A stretch of DNA of 64,000 nucleotides from Syncephalis fuscata S228 (taxonomy: Eukaryota > Fungi > Zoopagomycota). This document shows, piece after piece, positions 13,464-27,798 of this stretch. The stretch is taken from positions 1 through 64,000 of the forward strand of contig JAHLTZ010000051.1 in the NCBI GenBank assembly GCA_025786725.1, given 5' to 3'. The notes below the pieces were generated by a model, which saw nothing but the letters and a program-made list of their open reading frames with translations, was not told the DNA's origin and did not search any database. The stretch's first letter is position 1; the number at the start of each line of letters is the position of its first letter. The position numbers were made by a program, and so were the translations under genes.

Positions 13464-14688
13464 ATATAATAATAAATAATAAATATAGTACCAAATAATA
13501 ATACTACGATCATGATATTATAATCATATTGTTATCATAATGTGATTAAGAAATCCAACATGTAATTAAACAATAATAAATGCGCTGGATAGTAGCGCCA
13601 ATTACGGATAACAAACGACTAACGCGAGGATATAGCCAGCAAATGCTTGTTAGTTATAAACAGACAGGTGGCTGCATAGACTGGCACATTAATTTAATGC
13701 TGAAATATACAAAGTATTGAAAGTCTAATATTAGCTATATTTGCTATACAATGATAGTGTTATTCTGTATCAATAAAGTGAATTACCAGTCTCTAGCTCC
13801 ATCTTATTGCTAGGTAATACCATACAGAGTATTGAGTTTATTATAGTTCAACTGTGGTAATTAATGGCAATTGTACATTAAATTTACTATCAATAACTGT
13901 ATCAACTAACCAATGAGTTGTATTCTGTGTTAAAATAAGTGCTAATAAGCATTAAAAGATAAAGTTATAGAATACCATTACAACAAGATGTTACTTGATC
14001 ATATAGTTTATAGCTTATAAAATTATAAATGCAATAAAATCATTATTTATTTGTGATGAACACCATTTACAATTATTTTGATTCGCTCGCTTTTACTTTT
14101 AATTAGCAATGATCATCATACAAAGTTTTGTTTATTCAATATAGCCAAAATCATTGTAAAACACCTTAACATTGATGTACAATAGCCATGAACATTGTAA
14201 AATGGCATTATTTGTTATTTTTATTACACATAACCAACATACAATTTAATATTCTTTATTTATAATAACTATACTCATATTTAAAAGTGATTATAGCGTA
14301 GGTGGTAAAAATGCAATGTAATGTGAGTTAAGCAATAATAATGGTAATAATTTAATTAATAAACCAGCCATAAGTTTATGTATGACTTTACGTATAATAA
14401 AGCAAATTACTTGATATTTTGTACAAGTATTTATATGGCATATAGATAGCTGCTGGTAAAGTATAGTGCTGTTGTATTGCGTGATGATACGGTAACTACG
14501 ATAATAAGTCAATAAATGTACAAAAATAGCAGTTTTTAGTTAATCATGGCTTATATACTTAAAATACAGCAAAACGATAGCCAGATTCGAGTTTTCCATG
14601 CTTGAATGTACCATTTGGTATAGTTTATAGAACAATAAATTTTGCAAAAAAAGTTGGTCAAAATGCAGTTTACGTAAATAGTTGACAA

Positions 14689-14856
14689 ACATCTAATCTA
14701 TATGTATATTAATAACATAAATTGTCACTGTATGTAGATATTTATACATACTACCTCGCTGCTATCTTTGTTTTGACGTTGTAAAGTGCTTTGTGTTTAC
14801 TTTATATTGAATACTTTTTCAGTATTAAAATTTCTAAAATTATGGAATTTACTTCT
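14689..14856. other. Asymmetric spacer (loop) of palindrome P1
   Basis: Non-palindromic ~170 bp between gttgacaa and ttgtcaac; the same sequence in the same orientation lies at 45270-45437. Confidence 0.9.
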
Positions 14857-16084
14857 TGTCAACAACTATATACGTAAATTGCATTTTTGACCAACTTTTT
14901 TTGCAAAATTTATTGTTTTATAAACTATACCAAATGGTACATTCAAGCATGGAAAACTCGAATCTGGCTATCGTTTTGCTGTATTTTAATTATATAAGCC
15001 ATGATTGCCTAAAAACTGACATTTTTGTACATTTATTAGTGTATTATTGCAATTACTACATCATCACACAATGCAATAATGATATACTTTGCCAGCAGCT
15101 ATCTATATGCCATATAAATACTTGTACAAAATATCAAGTAATTTGCTTTATTATACGTAAAGTCATACATAAACTTATGGCTGGTTTATTAATTAAATTA
15201 TTACCATTATTATTGCTTAACTCACATTACATTGCATTTTTACCACCTACGCTATAATCACTTTTAAATATGAGTATAGTTATTATAAATAAAGAATATT
15301 AAATTGTATGTTGGTTATGTGTAATAAAAATAACAAATAATGCCATTTTACAATGTTCATGGCTATTGTACATCAATGTTAAGGTGTTTTACAATGATTT
15401 TGGCTATATTGAATAAACAAAACTTTGTATGATGATCATTGCTAATTAAAAGTAAAAGCGAGCGAATCAAAATAATTGTAAATGGTGTTCATCACAAATA
15501 AATAATGATTTTATTGCATTTATAATTTTATAAGCTATAAACTATATGATCAAGTAACATCTTGTTGTAATGGTATTCTATAACTTTATCTTTTAATGCT
15601 TATTAGCACTTATTTTAACACAGAATACAACTCATTGGTTAGTTGATACAGTTATTGATAGTAAATTTAATGTACAATTGCCATTAATTACCACAGTTGA
15701 ACTATAATAAACTCAATACTCTGTATGGTATTACCTAGCAATAAGATGGAGCTAGAGACTGGTAATTCACTTTATTGATACAGAATAACACTATCATTGT
15801 ATAGCAAATATAGCTAATATTAGACTTTCAATACTTTGTATATTTCAGCATTAAATTAATGTGCCAGTCTATGCAGCCACCTGTCTGTTTATAACTAACA
15901 AGCATTTGCTGGCTATATCCTCGCGTTAGTCGTTTGTTATCCGTAATTGGCGCTACTATCCAGCGCATTTATTATTGTTTAATTACATGTTGGATTTCTT
16001 AATCACATTATGATAACAATATGATTATAATATCATGATCGTAGTATTATTATTTGGTACTATATTTATTATTTATTATTATAT

Positions 16085-16558
16085 CTATTTAAACTCTCCA
16101 CAGGCTAATACACAAATACATCCACAACCAGTGGAACAGTCTGCGTTGCCTTGTTTAAACATTCTTGTATATGATGTTGATGGCCACCATGCTGATAAAC
16201 TAGACAAACATTTACAAGTCCTTTATTATCATTAATCACTATACTCGTTCTGTTCCGCTATTATAATTTATAAATAGTAGCTTACCTCGTACAGTGATAT
16301 GACACAGGGCAAATTCAATAGCTTTTCTATAACGTTTACACTGCTCGCAAAAGCTTTGGGATAATAATGGCGTACAACATTCAGGACAATAGCCGCCAAA
16401 GTCTACCAAATATCATATGGATAAATAACAGTTTATTTAATTTATATAAACGCAAATCACTTAATTGACGTCGTTCATCAAATCAGTAGCATGTACACGT
16501 TTAATAGCATTAAAGCTAGCAAACTTTAATATTTCAGATCTTTGTTTATTTAAACACT
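16085..16558 (-). pseudogene. WDR59/SEA3 3' fragment, mirror copy
   Basis: Reverse complement of 12990-13463. Confidence 0.8.
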
Positions 16559-17020
16559 TAAGCATTTAGCCCAGCAGACATGCAACGACGCAGAGAAGAA
16601 GAAGAATCTACTGCACGCAAACAGCGATAAACTCAAGCTCAGATGTTTACTATATTTGTACAATTCTCTTTCTAAATAAAGCTTTAGGGAATTTAACCCG
16701 ACCAAATGCTTAAATATTAATATACAGACGTCTAATTGCTTGACCTTTTTTCTTTATTAACCATAACAAAACAACTTTAAATATAACTTGTATAAATAGA
16801 TAGATAGATTCAATTTAATAAACGGCTAGTGTTCCATGTCTTCTTAAATTAGAATTATAATGATGCTAACGGAGATTATTTGTTATATAACCATTATAAT
16901 TAACTAGTAGTGTTTAGTATAAAATACTAGGACCATATAGCGGTCTACTAATCATTTTTTTGATAATAACTGGCCTATTCCTATTCTTTCTATTTGCAGC
17001 AATTTATTTAACTATTTTAT

Positions 17021-18287
17021 TTGGAAATTAAATGACTATTTTAATAACATTCGCGTAGTTGAGCTGCATTTGCGTTTTATTGAGCATGGGGCAAATGGCG
17101 AGTTCTATTAATGATCAAATTAGTAATTATATTATAATTTAATGGCCACATAACTAAATTTAATAACATTTAATTTATTGAACATGATGATGGGTAGTGA
17201 GTGACATCAAGGTCCAAAATACCCATCATCATAGATTCATTATCCAGTATGCATATATCATCACCGTATGTGTTATTGCTATGTATACCCGTCACTTTGC
17301 TTGATTAACATTAATACATGACTAGTTGACATGATCTAGTTTATTTATAAATAATTTCAATAAAACATAACTCCGTTCATATTCATGTTGTTTGTTCTAT
17401 CAATATAACCCATTGAACAAACTAAGTGCGATATGTTAATTTTTATTAATAAAAAAGTTAAAACTATACCGACAACGGCTATAGACAGCATATAGCCAAT
17501 ATATAATAAAATGATAAACATTATACTGAATATGCAACATTGAGCGAGATTAGCAATGTTCTAGTTATTGAGCATATATGCATGAGCAGATGACCAACAT
17601 TAGTCGACATTTTTTAATAACAGTGCTAGAACCAAACAGGCAACGGTAATAGCCAGCGCATAGTTACTAGACAATAAACTGATATACAATATAAAGAATA
17701 TACAGTGTAAAATGACAATTAGCTATGTTGAATCTAGTGAGTTATATGCATGATCAATGAACGGAATTAGTCGACATTTGTTAATAATAAATCTAAAACA
17801 AAGGTAAAACATTTTTGGATAGAGGATGGCTATGCGAGTATAGAATGACATATAAAATAATAAATGTACGGTAAGATAGCATATAAAACAATTTTAAAGT
17901 TATAGTGTATAAAATGTAATGAGTGGGATGAGTGAAGTATATTGCCGCATATAAACAATAAAATGTATTTAATATATCGTAGAATGCTATATAGTAGTAT
18001 GGGACAGGCTGGGAATGATATAGGTAAATAGAGTATATATGTGTACTGAATATATGCATACTGGATAATAAATCTACATTGATGAGTATTTTGGGCCCTG
18101 ATGTCACTCACCACCCATCATCATGTTTAATAGATTGGATGTTATTAAATTTTAGTCATTTGACCACCAAAAAACAATAAATGTGATGATGTAATGATTA
18201 AATAAACTCACCACTTGGCCCCATGTTCAATAGATTGAATGTGCAGTTCGATTGCGCGAATGTTATTAAAATAGTCATTTGACCCCC
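17021..18287. mobile_element. MITE/foldback-like repeat, mirror copy
   Basis: Reverse complement of 11261-12527. Confidence 0.65.
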
Positions 18288-19023
18288 AAGTTATGTTAAA
18301 TAGGTAATAAATTGTTTAATGGTATAATAGAAATAAAGAACTACTAACTGATATTATCTGTAATAAACTATAGTGATATGAGGCGTGCTGCAATAAAACC
18401 GAACAAAAAGAGCATTGGGCGGTCCAGTCGACAAGATCATGTCGCGTTTCGTCACGCGCAGCTCTTTCCTCTTTCCGTTTCTCGTCTCATCCACCTTCGC
18501 ACGCTGTCAAATTCTGTTCCTCATTCACACGCTGTCAGCTTCTGTCACCGCACCTCATCCTCACTCCCGTTGGTCTCTTCAATTCCGCTAGTATGTTTGG
18601 TACTGTTAGCATCTTTCTATTAATTCTGCACAATGCCTTCCAAAAGGACCACGAAGCGCACTAAAAGAGCGTCTTGTACAATCCAAGATAAGCTTATCCC
18701 GGCAGCAATAGACACATGTTCTCTCCGCCTCATATACCTTCTATCTGCTCTGCACCTATTGTGACATCTGCAGGGCGTCAAAGAGGGAACTATGAGCCAT
18801 TCCATGTCTCACATGCCTCTTTACCTGTCATTGCTGTCAAGCTGGCGCATCATGAGTCTACGTGACTCTGTCGCTCTCTCTTTTATCTATCTTTTACTTG
18901 CTTTCTCTTTCTCGGCCTTCTCGTTCTTACTCTACTACTACCTGACCTTGCCATTGTCTGTAACCTTGTTACTTTCTTTTTGTTGCAGATCAAGATCAAC
19001 CAGTCTCAGCAGCACCTGAAGTG

Positions 19024-21899
19024 ATGTCGGCGGTCTGGGTCAAGCTTCTTCAAGCTGCACCGAACAGTTCACGATTTGCAAAGCTAGGCATTGGTAAAGT
19101 CCTAGTCGAGAGCAAGATCTCCAGCCGAAAACTCAATGTTGCTGACCTTCGCAAAATACTTATCACCGATGTCGCTTTCAGAAACAGGCTGGTGGGCGTG
19201 GACTCGTCCGAACTCCAAGTCTACAAGAATGAGGCTGACGCCGGCGATCCGGGAAAAGCTATCAAGTTAAGCGAGGAACTCAGCGAGCTTATAGAAGAAA
19301 ACGGCTACGACAACCCGCTGATCGTTGTAACGCCACCCAAGCCTGGTAAGTAGTTTTGCTCTAAAAACCAGCAGTCAATATAATTCCTTTCTCTGCCGTT
19401 CACCCTTGCTTTACATCTAAGTATGCAGTGCTAATATTTAATTCATCTTCCCATTACTCCGATATAATCCATGTGTCCGTCCTCTCTCGTGCCTCTACTT
19501 CGCTTTCTGACCATTTTTCAAATTGATTACATCCTAGTGGGTATAATTAAACCTTTTCTAAATACTCACTTGTGTAACCTTGTGCTGATTACCTAACGTT
19601 ATTTTTAATTACCTTTTTTGATCATGTAGCAACATTTATCCAGCAGACGTCTGTTCCATATAATCACATTGAGAAGGAATTGAAAATTATTTTCCAAGGC
19701 CTCAACCATCATTTCACCCGCCCTGTCGATCCAAAGGATGTTGAAGCATCGCAAAGAAGTAGACTAGGACCTTTTTACAAGAGGACTCTACCACATCACA
19801 AAACAGCAACGGATATAAGTCTAGTGATGCTGGGACTTGCGCTGGACAAGCAGGCAAGCACCAATTATGGCAAGACTCTTTGTGAAATTGTCGAGGACGA
19901 TATCGGCGTATACTATGGGGAGCACGTAGTAGCCATGGTTGCTCCGTCCGGTTCAGGAAAGACTGCGACAATCATTGACCTTGCAAACAAGCACTTTGTC
20001 ATTTATTGTGTCTGTTGTATATCAAGTCCGACCATCTCTCCGGGTTTTAAGGACCCAAACTTTATCACGCTTGCAGAGGATGTCGAGGACATCTACTGGA
20101 CCATTGTTAACAGGAATCAGGGAAGTTGGTACGGGCCACAGGACATTGATTCCGAAGTAAAATCACGAGTGGTAGAACGCGTCAAGCTCGAATTCCTTGC
20201 ACGAATGCTCTTCCTTCAGTATCTCCTGGAAAACAACCCTGATTTAAAGCCGCAGCAGTTCTTCCATGAGCAGATTACTGCAGGTAACTTGACTATCGGC
20301 GAGCTAGTTAGCAAGCTGCGGAAATACGACAACTACACAATCCAAGCCATGCTTAATAAAGTCCAAACCAAGCTTCAGTTCCATTTATCTTCCAAAAAAA
20401 TTGGAATGGTAATTGCTCTGGATGAAGCTCAGGTTGCGGTGACTGACATCTTATCCGGCAAGCTCATCTCGCCGGCCGCTTTCACCTATAACAGAAATAA
20501 TCTCTTTGACGACAAGAACCAGATACAACCCCGATTTCGCCGCAGCTTTTTTACGCTTTTATCAGGTGCTCTGAGCATTATGCAGGCGACGCAGGTGATA
20601 CTAGGCACAGCAGTCTCATTGCAAAATGTCGACAGTGTGCACTCAAACATCGCCAAACAAACCAATTTTTTGAGGATAAAGAACTTTCCGAGCTTTGATG
20701 AAGGCGATGTGAGCAGGCTATATTCGGATCTAATCGACATGTCAGGCTGTGAAATTCCGCCTGCCAAACTCCGCATGCTAACAGGACGACCTCAATTTTC
20801 CATTGACGTCATCAATCGTCTCGCCGCATCTTGCACTTTTCAAGACTCTAAACAAGCTACTTTGGAGCACGCTATTGACAAGTCGATTGAGTATACGATG
20901 AGTGGTCTTCGGACTGAGATACGCATCATTCTTGACAACGATCAAACAGGCGAAACAACTCGGCTTCTCTCTCGAATGGCAATGGCCTATCATCTTCACG
21001 GTGGCAAAGTATCCTTCTTGAGCAAGGGCCAGTTTGACTTTGTGGACAAGGCTCTGTGCAAACTACGATTACATTACGGTAACATTCACTTGGTCATGGA
21101 CGAGCCAATAGTTGTTGAGACAGTGCAGGAAGAGCTAAAGGCTTCAGACAAGAATCCGGTGTTCTTGGAGCACCTAAATCAGATGTACCAGGTTGTCACC
21201 AACTTTGGCATCACTTCAGCTTCAAAAAGAGATGCGTTGGGGCCACTTGTTCGTCAATCACTTCAACGCTTCAATGGCTACCGTCTTGTTGGTCTTCCTT
21301 TTCTTCAAGGCGTCACATTGCCCGCCTGGTGCAACAATTTCCAGCTCCAAATTGATGAGATTAACACAGCCAACGGATTTGGATACACCGACAGTGGTGT
21401 CCGTGCAGATCTCGCCTTCCTCACCGAATGTCCTCCGAATAAGATGCTTATTGTCAATAATGGCACATGTCCGGACGGAGTCTGGTTTTTTTCTGACAAA
21501 CGTTACGCCGGCTCTCTTGCGATCAAGCTCCGCAGCGACCGTCTGAAGCAGTCCACCCACGAATCAAACGAAACTTCCAGCAATATTCGAAGTTGCTTTT
21601 TGAAACAGAGTCGTGCCAACGTGATTCAATCACTGGCAGACATTCGACATGACTTTGAGGCTTCGGGTACTTCGTCCAACCTCAGGGGCATCCTCCGCAT
21701 CCATCTCGAATTCCCTGGCGTCCAGGACGGTAATCCAGTTACCTATGTCAAAAAGGACCCTGCGACTGGTATTGAGGATGTAATGGTGTATATAGACCTT
21801 TCAAACCTGGACGATTTTTTTTTCGAAGGCATCGCAGAAAACAAGGACGATATGGTCAAATTGAAAAAGCTGATCAAATTCGTCTCCATCTCAGAGTAA
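19024..21899 (+). CDS. Crinkler (CRN)/CR-type effector, intact: ubiquitin-like header + P-loop NTPase + restriction-endonuclease-like C-terminus (~863 aa)
   Basis: Exon 1 19024-19345 (VADLRK..LVGVDSSELQVY..NPLIVVTP header); phase-1 intron 19346-19629 (gtaagt...tgtag) joins in frame to exon 2 19630-21899. Walker A APSGSGKT, Walker B VIALDEAQ, PDG....LAIK nuclease-like motif. Confidence 0.88.
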
Positions 21900-22079
21900 A
21901 GATCGTTTAGAAATAACACTACAATTTCTAATTCGAATTCTCTACTTTTTTGTCCATATGCCTTACGTTCTAGCGTTTCTTCATTGTTTTATACGACTTT
22001 CGAGCGCTGCCAGCTGTCCTACTGCAACGCGTGTTAGACGCGTCGAGACTAATTTTTCACGCCGTCAACTGGTCATCGT

Positions 22080-22240
22080 ATACATCCTACTTGTGGTAAA
22101 TACAACTCAAAAAACGCAATACAAAAATATGCTCTGTAAGGATTAGTACTAATAGTATTGAAACAGTAGTTGATGTCGAAATAAACGTTTTATTGAAGAG
22201 TAAATACAAATTACTAATGAAACAGCTATACGAAAAGAAA
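22080..22240 (+). repeat. Diverged duplicate of the MULE transposase 3' tail (Zn-knuckle relic)
   Basis: Direct-repeat similarity to 24135-24270 (tttattgaa..tacaaattactaatgaaac.gctata); translates as TCGKYNSK..NTKIC. Confidence 0.65.
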
Positions 22241-22539
22241 GCGTATTGTTATAAATAATAACATAACATGATGAACATGTATAAATATGGCAGTATTTAC
22301 TATCGATATATTTATACAGATACTGAGTGTAATATTATATGATAAAAACAAATAATGCAAAATGAATATACAACGTTAGGTAAAAGTATAAATGAATACA
22401 TTTATTTAATAGTAGATATTATAGTGTACATTTGTAAATATATAAATAATTATTTAATGTAGTATAAAATTGGAAAATTAGAAAAATAGACAGTCGCTAA
22501 ATTTAATTTTATTAATTTTATTTAATAAATAAAATCTGC

Positions 22540-24187
22540 CAAATATCTACTAAACTATCTAAAAAAGCTATATTTAACAGTATTAAAAAACTGAGAGCCG
22601 CTGTTGACGAGTTTAAGCTTGTTAGCGGCTGTGATTTTAATAGGAAAAATAGTGATTCAACAAGATTGCAGCTTATTTGTCCTCATAAAGACCGTTACAG
22701 CAACAAATATCAGTTTATTTTGACTGCCAGAAAGCAGAAAACTGGCCTAATAAAGATTATCCAGTGCAATATTAAACATTTTAATGGTTGTTCATATGAT
22801 TTGGCAATAATACTATTAAATTTATTATTAAGTCCATTACAAATGATGTTACTACACTTTCAAATATGAAATTAAAAGATGCACAAGTGAAAGTATTAAG
22901 TACATATTTAATTATTTAATATACACTAACAATTATATCAGCTATTTATTTATTAAAGATTACCTTGTCAAATTCAAACACTTTAATACTGACTCTGTTC
23001 AGCACTTTTTGCAAAACTAGTCTGGTAATTTTGAAAGAACATTTTTATGTCATTTGGCATTTATCAAAGCTTACCAGTATACTCGTAAAGTACTGGTAAT
23101 TGATAGCTGCCATTTAAGATGTTCTTATAACGGTGTTACTCTTGCTGCAGTTGTTAAATATGGAAATAACAATATTTTTCCTTTGGTTGGTGCTATAATA
23201 TCTCATGAAATAAAAACAACTGGGTTTATTTTTTTAAACATTTATTAGATTTGATACTTGAATTAAAAGAAAAAACCAAGCTATTATTAGCGACAGAAAT
23301 AAAAAAATACATTCTTTGGTAAAAATTGTATTTCTCTTGGCGCGCTACTCTGCATGCATTGCTCATATCGAAAAAACAAATGCTGAATTTAAACAAAGCT
23401 TTAACTAGTAAAGAGGTTGCTGCTATTTATATTTATTTAAATTACATTCAAAGTACTAATTTATTTTCTAGATTTAATGAAAATGATACGGTCATTAAAT
23501 GAGCCAGCCTATAACAATCTAACAAACTCAGCAAAAACTGGGCTAGATTGTTTTTTAAATGCCAAGATTCGGCTGAGTTTAGATTCATCAGAACCATTGA
23601 ACTCGTGGATGAATGATCCTTGGAACAAATCCCATTATCAGTTTTTCACTGGATTTGTCATTAAAGTTGGAACTTTATTAAATAGCCGTAGGATTAAGTA
23701 TCCACAAGCTCAAGAATTGTTATCTAATAATACCCGATTGTTGTATAATTCAACGTTAACTGACGCCAATAATTATATAGTTGACAATTATTTGGATACC
23801 AAATTTTAAGTTAAAGATACTAAGCCGGTATTGTCAGAACAGTATATTTAACTAAAAAACCTGCACGTATGGGTACTGGGAAAAATAAAGCTTGTTTGTA
23901 GTCATGTAGCAATAATTTTGAAGAATCTTAAGCTTTTATTAAATAATTTTATTGATAAATCTTACACCATTGATTATTTAAGCAAATTATCTGTTTCATA
24001 TATTTGTCCGGTTGAAATAGAATCAATTACCGCAGATATTTTGTGTTTGCCACCGAAAATAACGAAAAAAGCCGGTAGACCAAGAGTTAAAAGAATCAGA
24101 TCTTGTGGTGAAGCTTTGGAAGCCTCGCAACGATATGCTTGTCGTAATTGTAGCTCAAAGGACACAATACAAGAACATACACTGTAA
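22540..24187 (+). pseudogene. Decayed MULE/MuDR transposase
   Basis: N-terminal C..C/H DNA-binding relic (LICPHK..HFNGC), MULE domain (KVLVIDSCHLRCSYNGVTLAAVVKYGNNNIFPLVGAII), SWIM relic (TCTYGYW..LVCSHVAI), PPKITKKAGRPRVKRI, CRNC. Confidence 0.85.
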
Positions 24188-24365
24188 ACGCTAGAATTAA
24201 TAATGTTGAAACAAGCACCTTTATTGAATAGCAACTACAAATTACTAATGAAACGGCTATAAAAAAGACGTGTCATTAAAGTTACAAGAAACGAAATGTA
24301 AAGCAAATAGAGAATGATTTTATTAATAAATAATTTAAAAAACATTGTATTTTTCCAATTTGCCC

Positions 24366-25495
24366 TAAATTTAATTATTTGACTTTAAATCACATTCAAT
24401 GGCTTAATAGCTTGTTTATTATCAGTGTAATAACAATAGCAGAAACAACTAGTATTATTATTAAATGGGAAAATGTCTGTATTTATATGAATGCAACTAA
24501 TAGTAGTATGTTAATAGATAAGCAGTGCTATATTTATTTATTTAAACAAAGGAATACATAAATAATGATATACTAATACAAACCAGATGACTATACAGCA
24601 TATTGTGGCCCTGTTCTTGCCAAATCCAAATATCTCTTAAATCTATATCTATTGAAGAGGGTCAGTAAACGAGATGAGCCACATGTGCCAATGATGTTTG
24701 CTGCTTGACTACACCGCAATAAGTAGTAGTTGTTCAAACAACATTTGATCTGCACCTTACTGCCATTTGTTGCTCGATATGCTTTACACTCGCTAGACGT
24801 CAATGATCACAAGATCGCTGCTGGTTGCTGTTATATGTACTAAGGTCGGTAAACGGGCGTGGTGAGGTGCGATACAGTTGCGCCTTTTGGCTATGGAGCA
24901 CTGGATATGTAGTGTTCTAGAAGCTACATATCACGCAGTAGGTACTCCAACATGTTGTAGAAGGTGCTTTTCTGCACATAGTTGATTGGTCTTTTGTATA
25001 GTAACATTGGTACGCCTACCATGTGTTTGTTTGCGAGGTTGCCTTGCTGAGTATCTGGCTGTTGAGGCAACATAAGATTTGCGCTTGAAGATATCTGATA
25101 TCTGATGGTGCGAGCAAATGTTGTTTGAACAACTACTACTTATTGCGGTGTAGTCAAGCAGCAAACATCATTGGCACATGTGGCTCATCTCGTTTACTGA
25201 CCCTCTTCAATAGATATAGATTTAAGAGATATTTGGATTTGGCAAGAACAGGGCCACAATATGCTGTATAGTCATCTGGTTTGTATTAGTATATCATTAT
25301 TTATGTATTCCTTTGTTTAAATAAATAAATATAGCACTGCTTATCTATTAACATACTACTATTAGTTGCATTCATATAAATACAGACATTTTCCCATTTA
25401 ATAATATACTAGTTGTTTCTGCTATTGTTATTACACTGATAATAAACAAGCTATTAAGCCATTGAATGTGATTTAAAGTCAAATAATTAAATTTA
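24366..25495. repeat. Nested foldback, mirror copy
   Basis: Reverse complement of 4080-5210. Confidence 0.9.
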
Positions 25496-27798
25496 ATACA
25501 TTCAGCAGTTGAGATAGACAATCGCTCTATTGAACATAATGATGGGTGGCGAGTGACATCAATCAGCACATACTCATCATCATAGATTTATTATCTCATA
25601 TGCATATACTCAGTACACATGTATCATTCCTATTCTATTCCTCACGACTATATATCATTTTATAACATACTAGACACATTTTATCGTTTATACACACTAA
25701 CACGCTTCATTTATTTCACTCATTACATTTTATGCACTATAATGTTAACACTGTTTTATATACTTTCTTGCCGTACATTTATCATTTTACATAGCATTTT
25801 ATACTCGCCTAGCCTTCTTCAATCCAAAACCATATTTACGTTTGTTCTAGCTTCATTATTAATGAGGATCGGCTCATTTCAACTCATTTACTCGTGGATA
25901 TATGCTCAGTAGATTTAACACCGCCATTTACATTTTTTCATTAAATAGTCACTTTAGTATATTTTATTTTATCATATAGTAGCTATGCTATATTCAAAAC
26001 TATTATTTCTTTATTTTCAGCTTTATTAGTCGTAAATTTTAGTTTATTCTGCTCATTTTATCCACTAAGTTATATGCGCTATGACTTTGACATGGCTATT
26101 CATACACTTTCAGCAAGATCATGACTATAAGAATGATACTGAGCAAATATATAATGCATATTGTTTATTCTATAATAAATATAATATGCTTTACAGCTAC
26201 TTGAACATTGGTACAAAGATAGATATAATAACAACAAGATTATAGACATTACTGAACGTGCCGTGATGTAACTATCAGTGTGTAAAATACAATGATGATC
26301 AACTAGCTGCCATTCTTGCATATAGCTACAATATTAATAGATCAATAAAAATATATTATCTATGATACGTTACCAGTCAATTGTAAATATATTTTGTCAC
26401 TTGAAATACTGAGTGTATTTGCTGTTTTATATGACATTGCTCAATTTAAATGCATAAACGTTTAACTGCCTAGAAATAATTAAAGTGCCAATAATTTACT
26501 AACACTCAGGCAGTTTTTGATCTATATCACAACATTTAAATTAGTTACAAATGATATTTTAATACCGTTGAATATAACTACAGGCACAAGTATCTTATAT
26601 ACGTCATTGTTTTAGCGATCATTTATTTGCTCTTGTATCTAGTATAGTAAATAAATTACAACCATATATACTAAGCACATTGCTATACACATTTATGCAT
26701 GTATGTTAAATATAACAAAAGCTATCAGCTATTGATACTGCAAAACAACAAGCTATTGCAAACTGTTGTAGTGGTGAGCTGGCTACAATAAGCTAACTGA
26801 TATGTATCTGCATCAGTAACAAGACTACGGTGATTACAACGCACCTATCAACAAATCATCTTTAAATCCAAGTTTCAATATAAACGTGCTGTATAAAGCA
26901 TTGACATTATTTATGGTTGCTAAAAGATACAGATATACTGGAATATAAATCAGCCAAATAAGTAATGAAGCAATCGTATAAATAGAAATAAACCGTATAT
27001 TATGAATATTGGAATATATACAAGTGGCTTGAATAAATACCATTATATGTTATTGCAGCTACATGTATTGTATAAATGATTTGTTATTGTTTCAGTCGTG
27101 TACACGCGTTATTATTACACGATAGTCATGGTGGTGGCGTATTTATGAAAAGTAAACACAAGATCACGTGCTATGTGCCTATTTGTTGTTGTGACCACGC
27201 CATCCAGTTCATCGGACTATTTACCGGTTTAGCAAGGCGTACACAGACCATTTGATATTCATTTCCGATGCAGGCCTGTTTTGGCTAGTGAGATCGTATT
27301 GAGCTGCACAAGACGATAGTGATACTACATGTTGTATATACAAATACCCAATACAAACAAACGACAATACAAACTACTAGGTATAAATGTAAAATAGTTT
27401 AGTTATTTACTGTGTAAAAGCCGCGCAAGATCAATCTGTAGTGCTCTATAACACTTTCTGTTTATTTTCTTCCACAACTTCGTTTACTCACTCACTACAT
27501 TATTATAGTTTACAAAGTATCTTAAAAGTAAGCAAGTGTTGCGTTTTGTAGTTGCGTTTGCACTGGATAGTGAATGATACTATAGTTTCTGTGCCAAGTT
27601 GGTTTGTTGCGTAGCACTTTGCGTTGTGCATATTTGTTTGTTTGGCTGCGCAATGCATCCTTAGCACTTACGTATTACCATTCATCCACTTGAACGGATA
27701 GTTCGGCTTGTTGTACTGTGGCAGAGCTTGCGTTTTGTATATTGTTTAAATGGTGTTAATTGCATGTTGTGCATTTGCTACAGCAAAAGTAGTTTATT

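Larger units (their letters stand above)
18380..24270 (+). mobile_element. Truncated copy of the TIR-bounded CRN/MULE cargo element (right arm of P1)
   Basis: Starts atat|GAGGCGTGCTGCAATAAAACCG; colinear with 48959-54838, then switches into the nested foldback at ~24366. Confidence 0.75.

Noticed and set aside
11434-18114. Many 60-130-aa Ile/Tyr/Leu-rich ORFs in the palindrome cores (also 2531-4275, 41684-48693, 61023-61298)
   Set aside because: Typical chance translations of AT-rich repeat DNA; their recurrence reflects the repeats, not coding conservation.
18378-19019. ORFs MRRAAIKP.. and hydrophobic MSHSMSH.. upstream of the CRN gene
   Set aside because: They overlap the TIR and a CT-rich promoter/5'-UTR intron (ttgcag acceptor at ~18988); no protein signature.
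22024-22052. ACGCGT-gttag-ACGCGT hairpin followed by CTAA as a Helitron 3' end
   Set aside because: Short stem, spacing too small, and no RepHel relic or matching 5' TC end identified.
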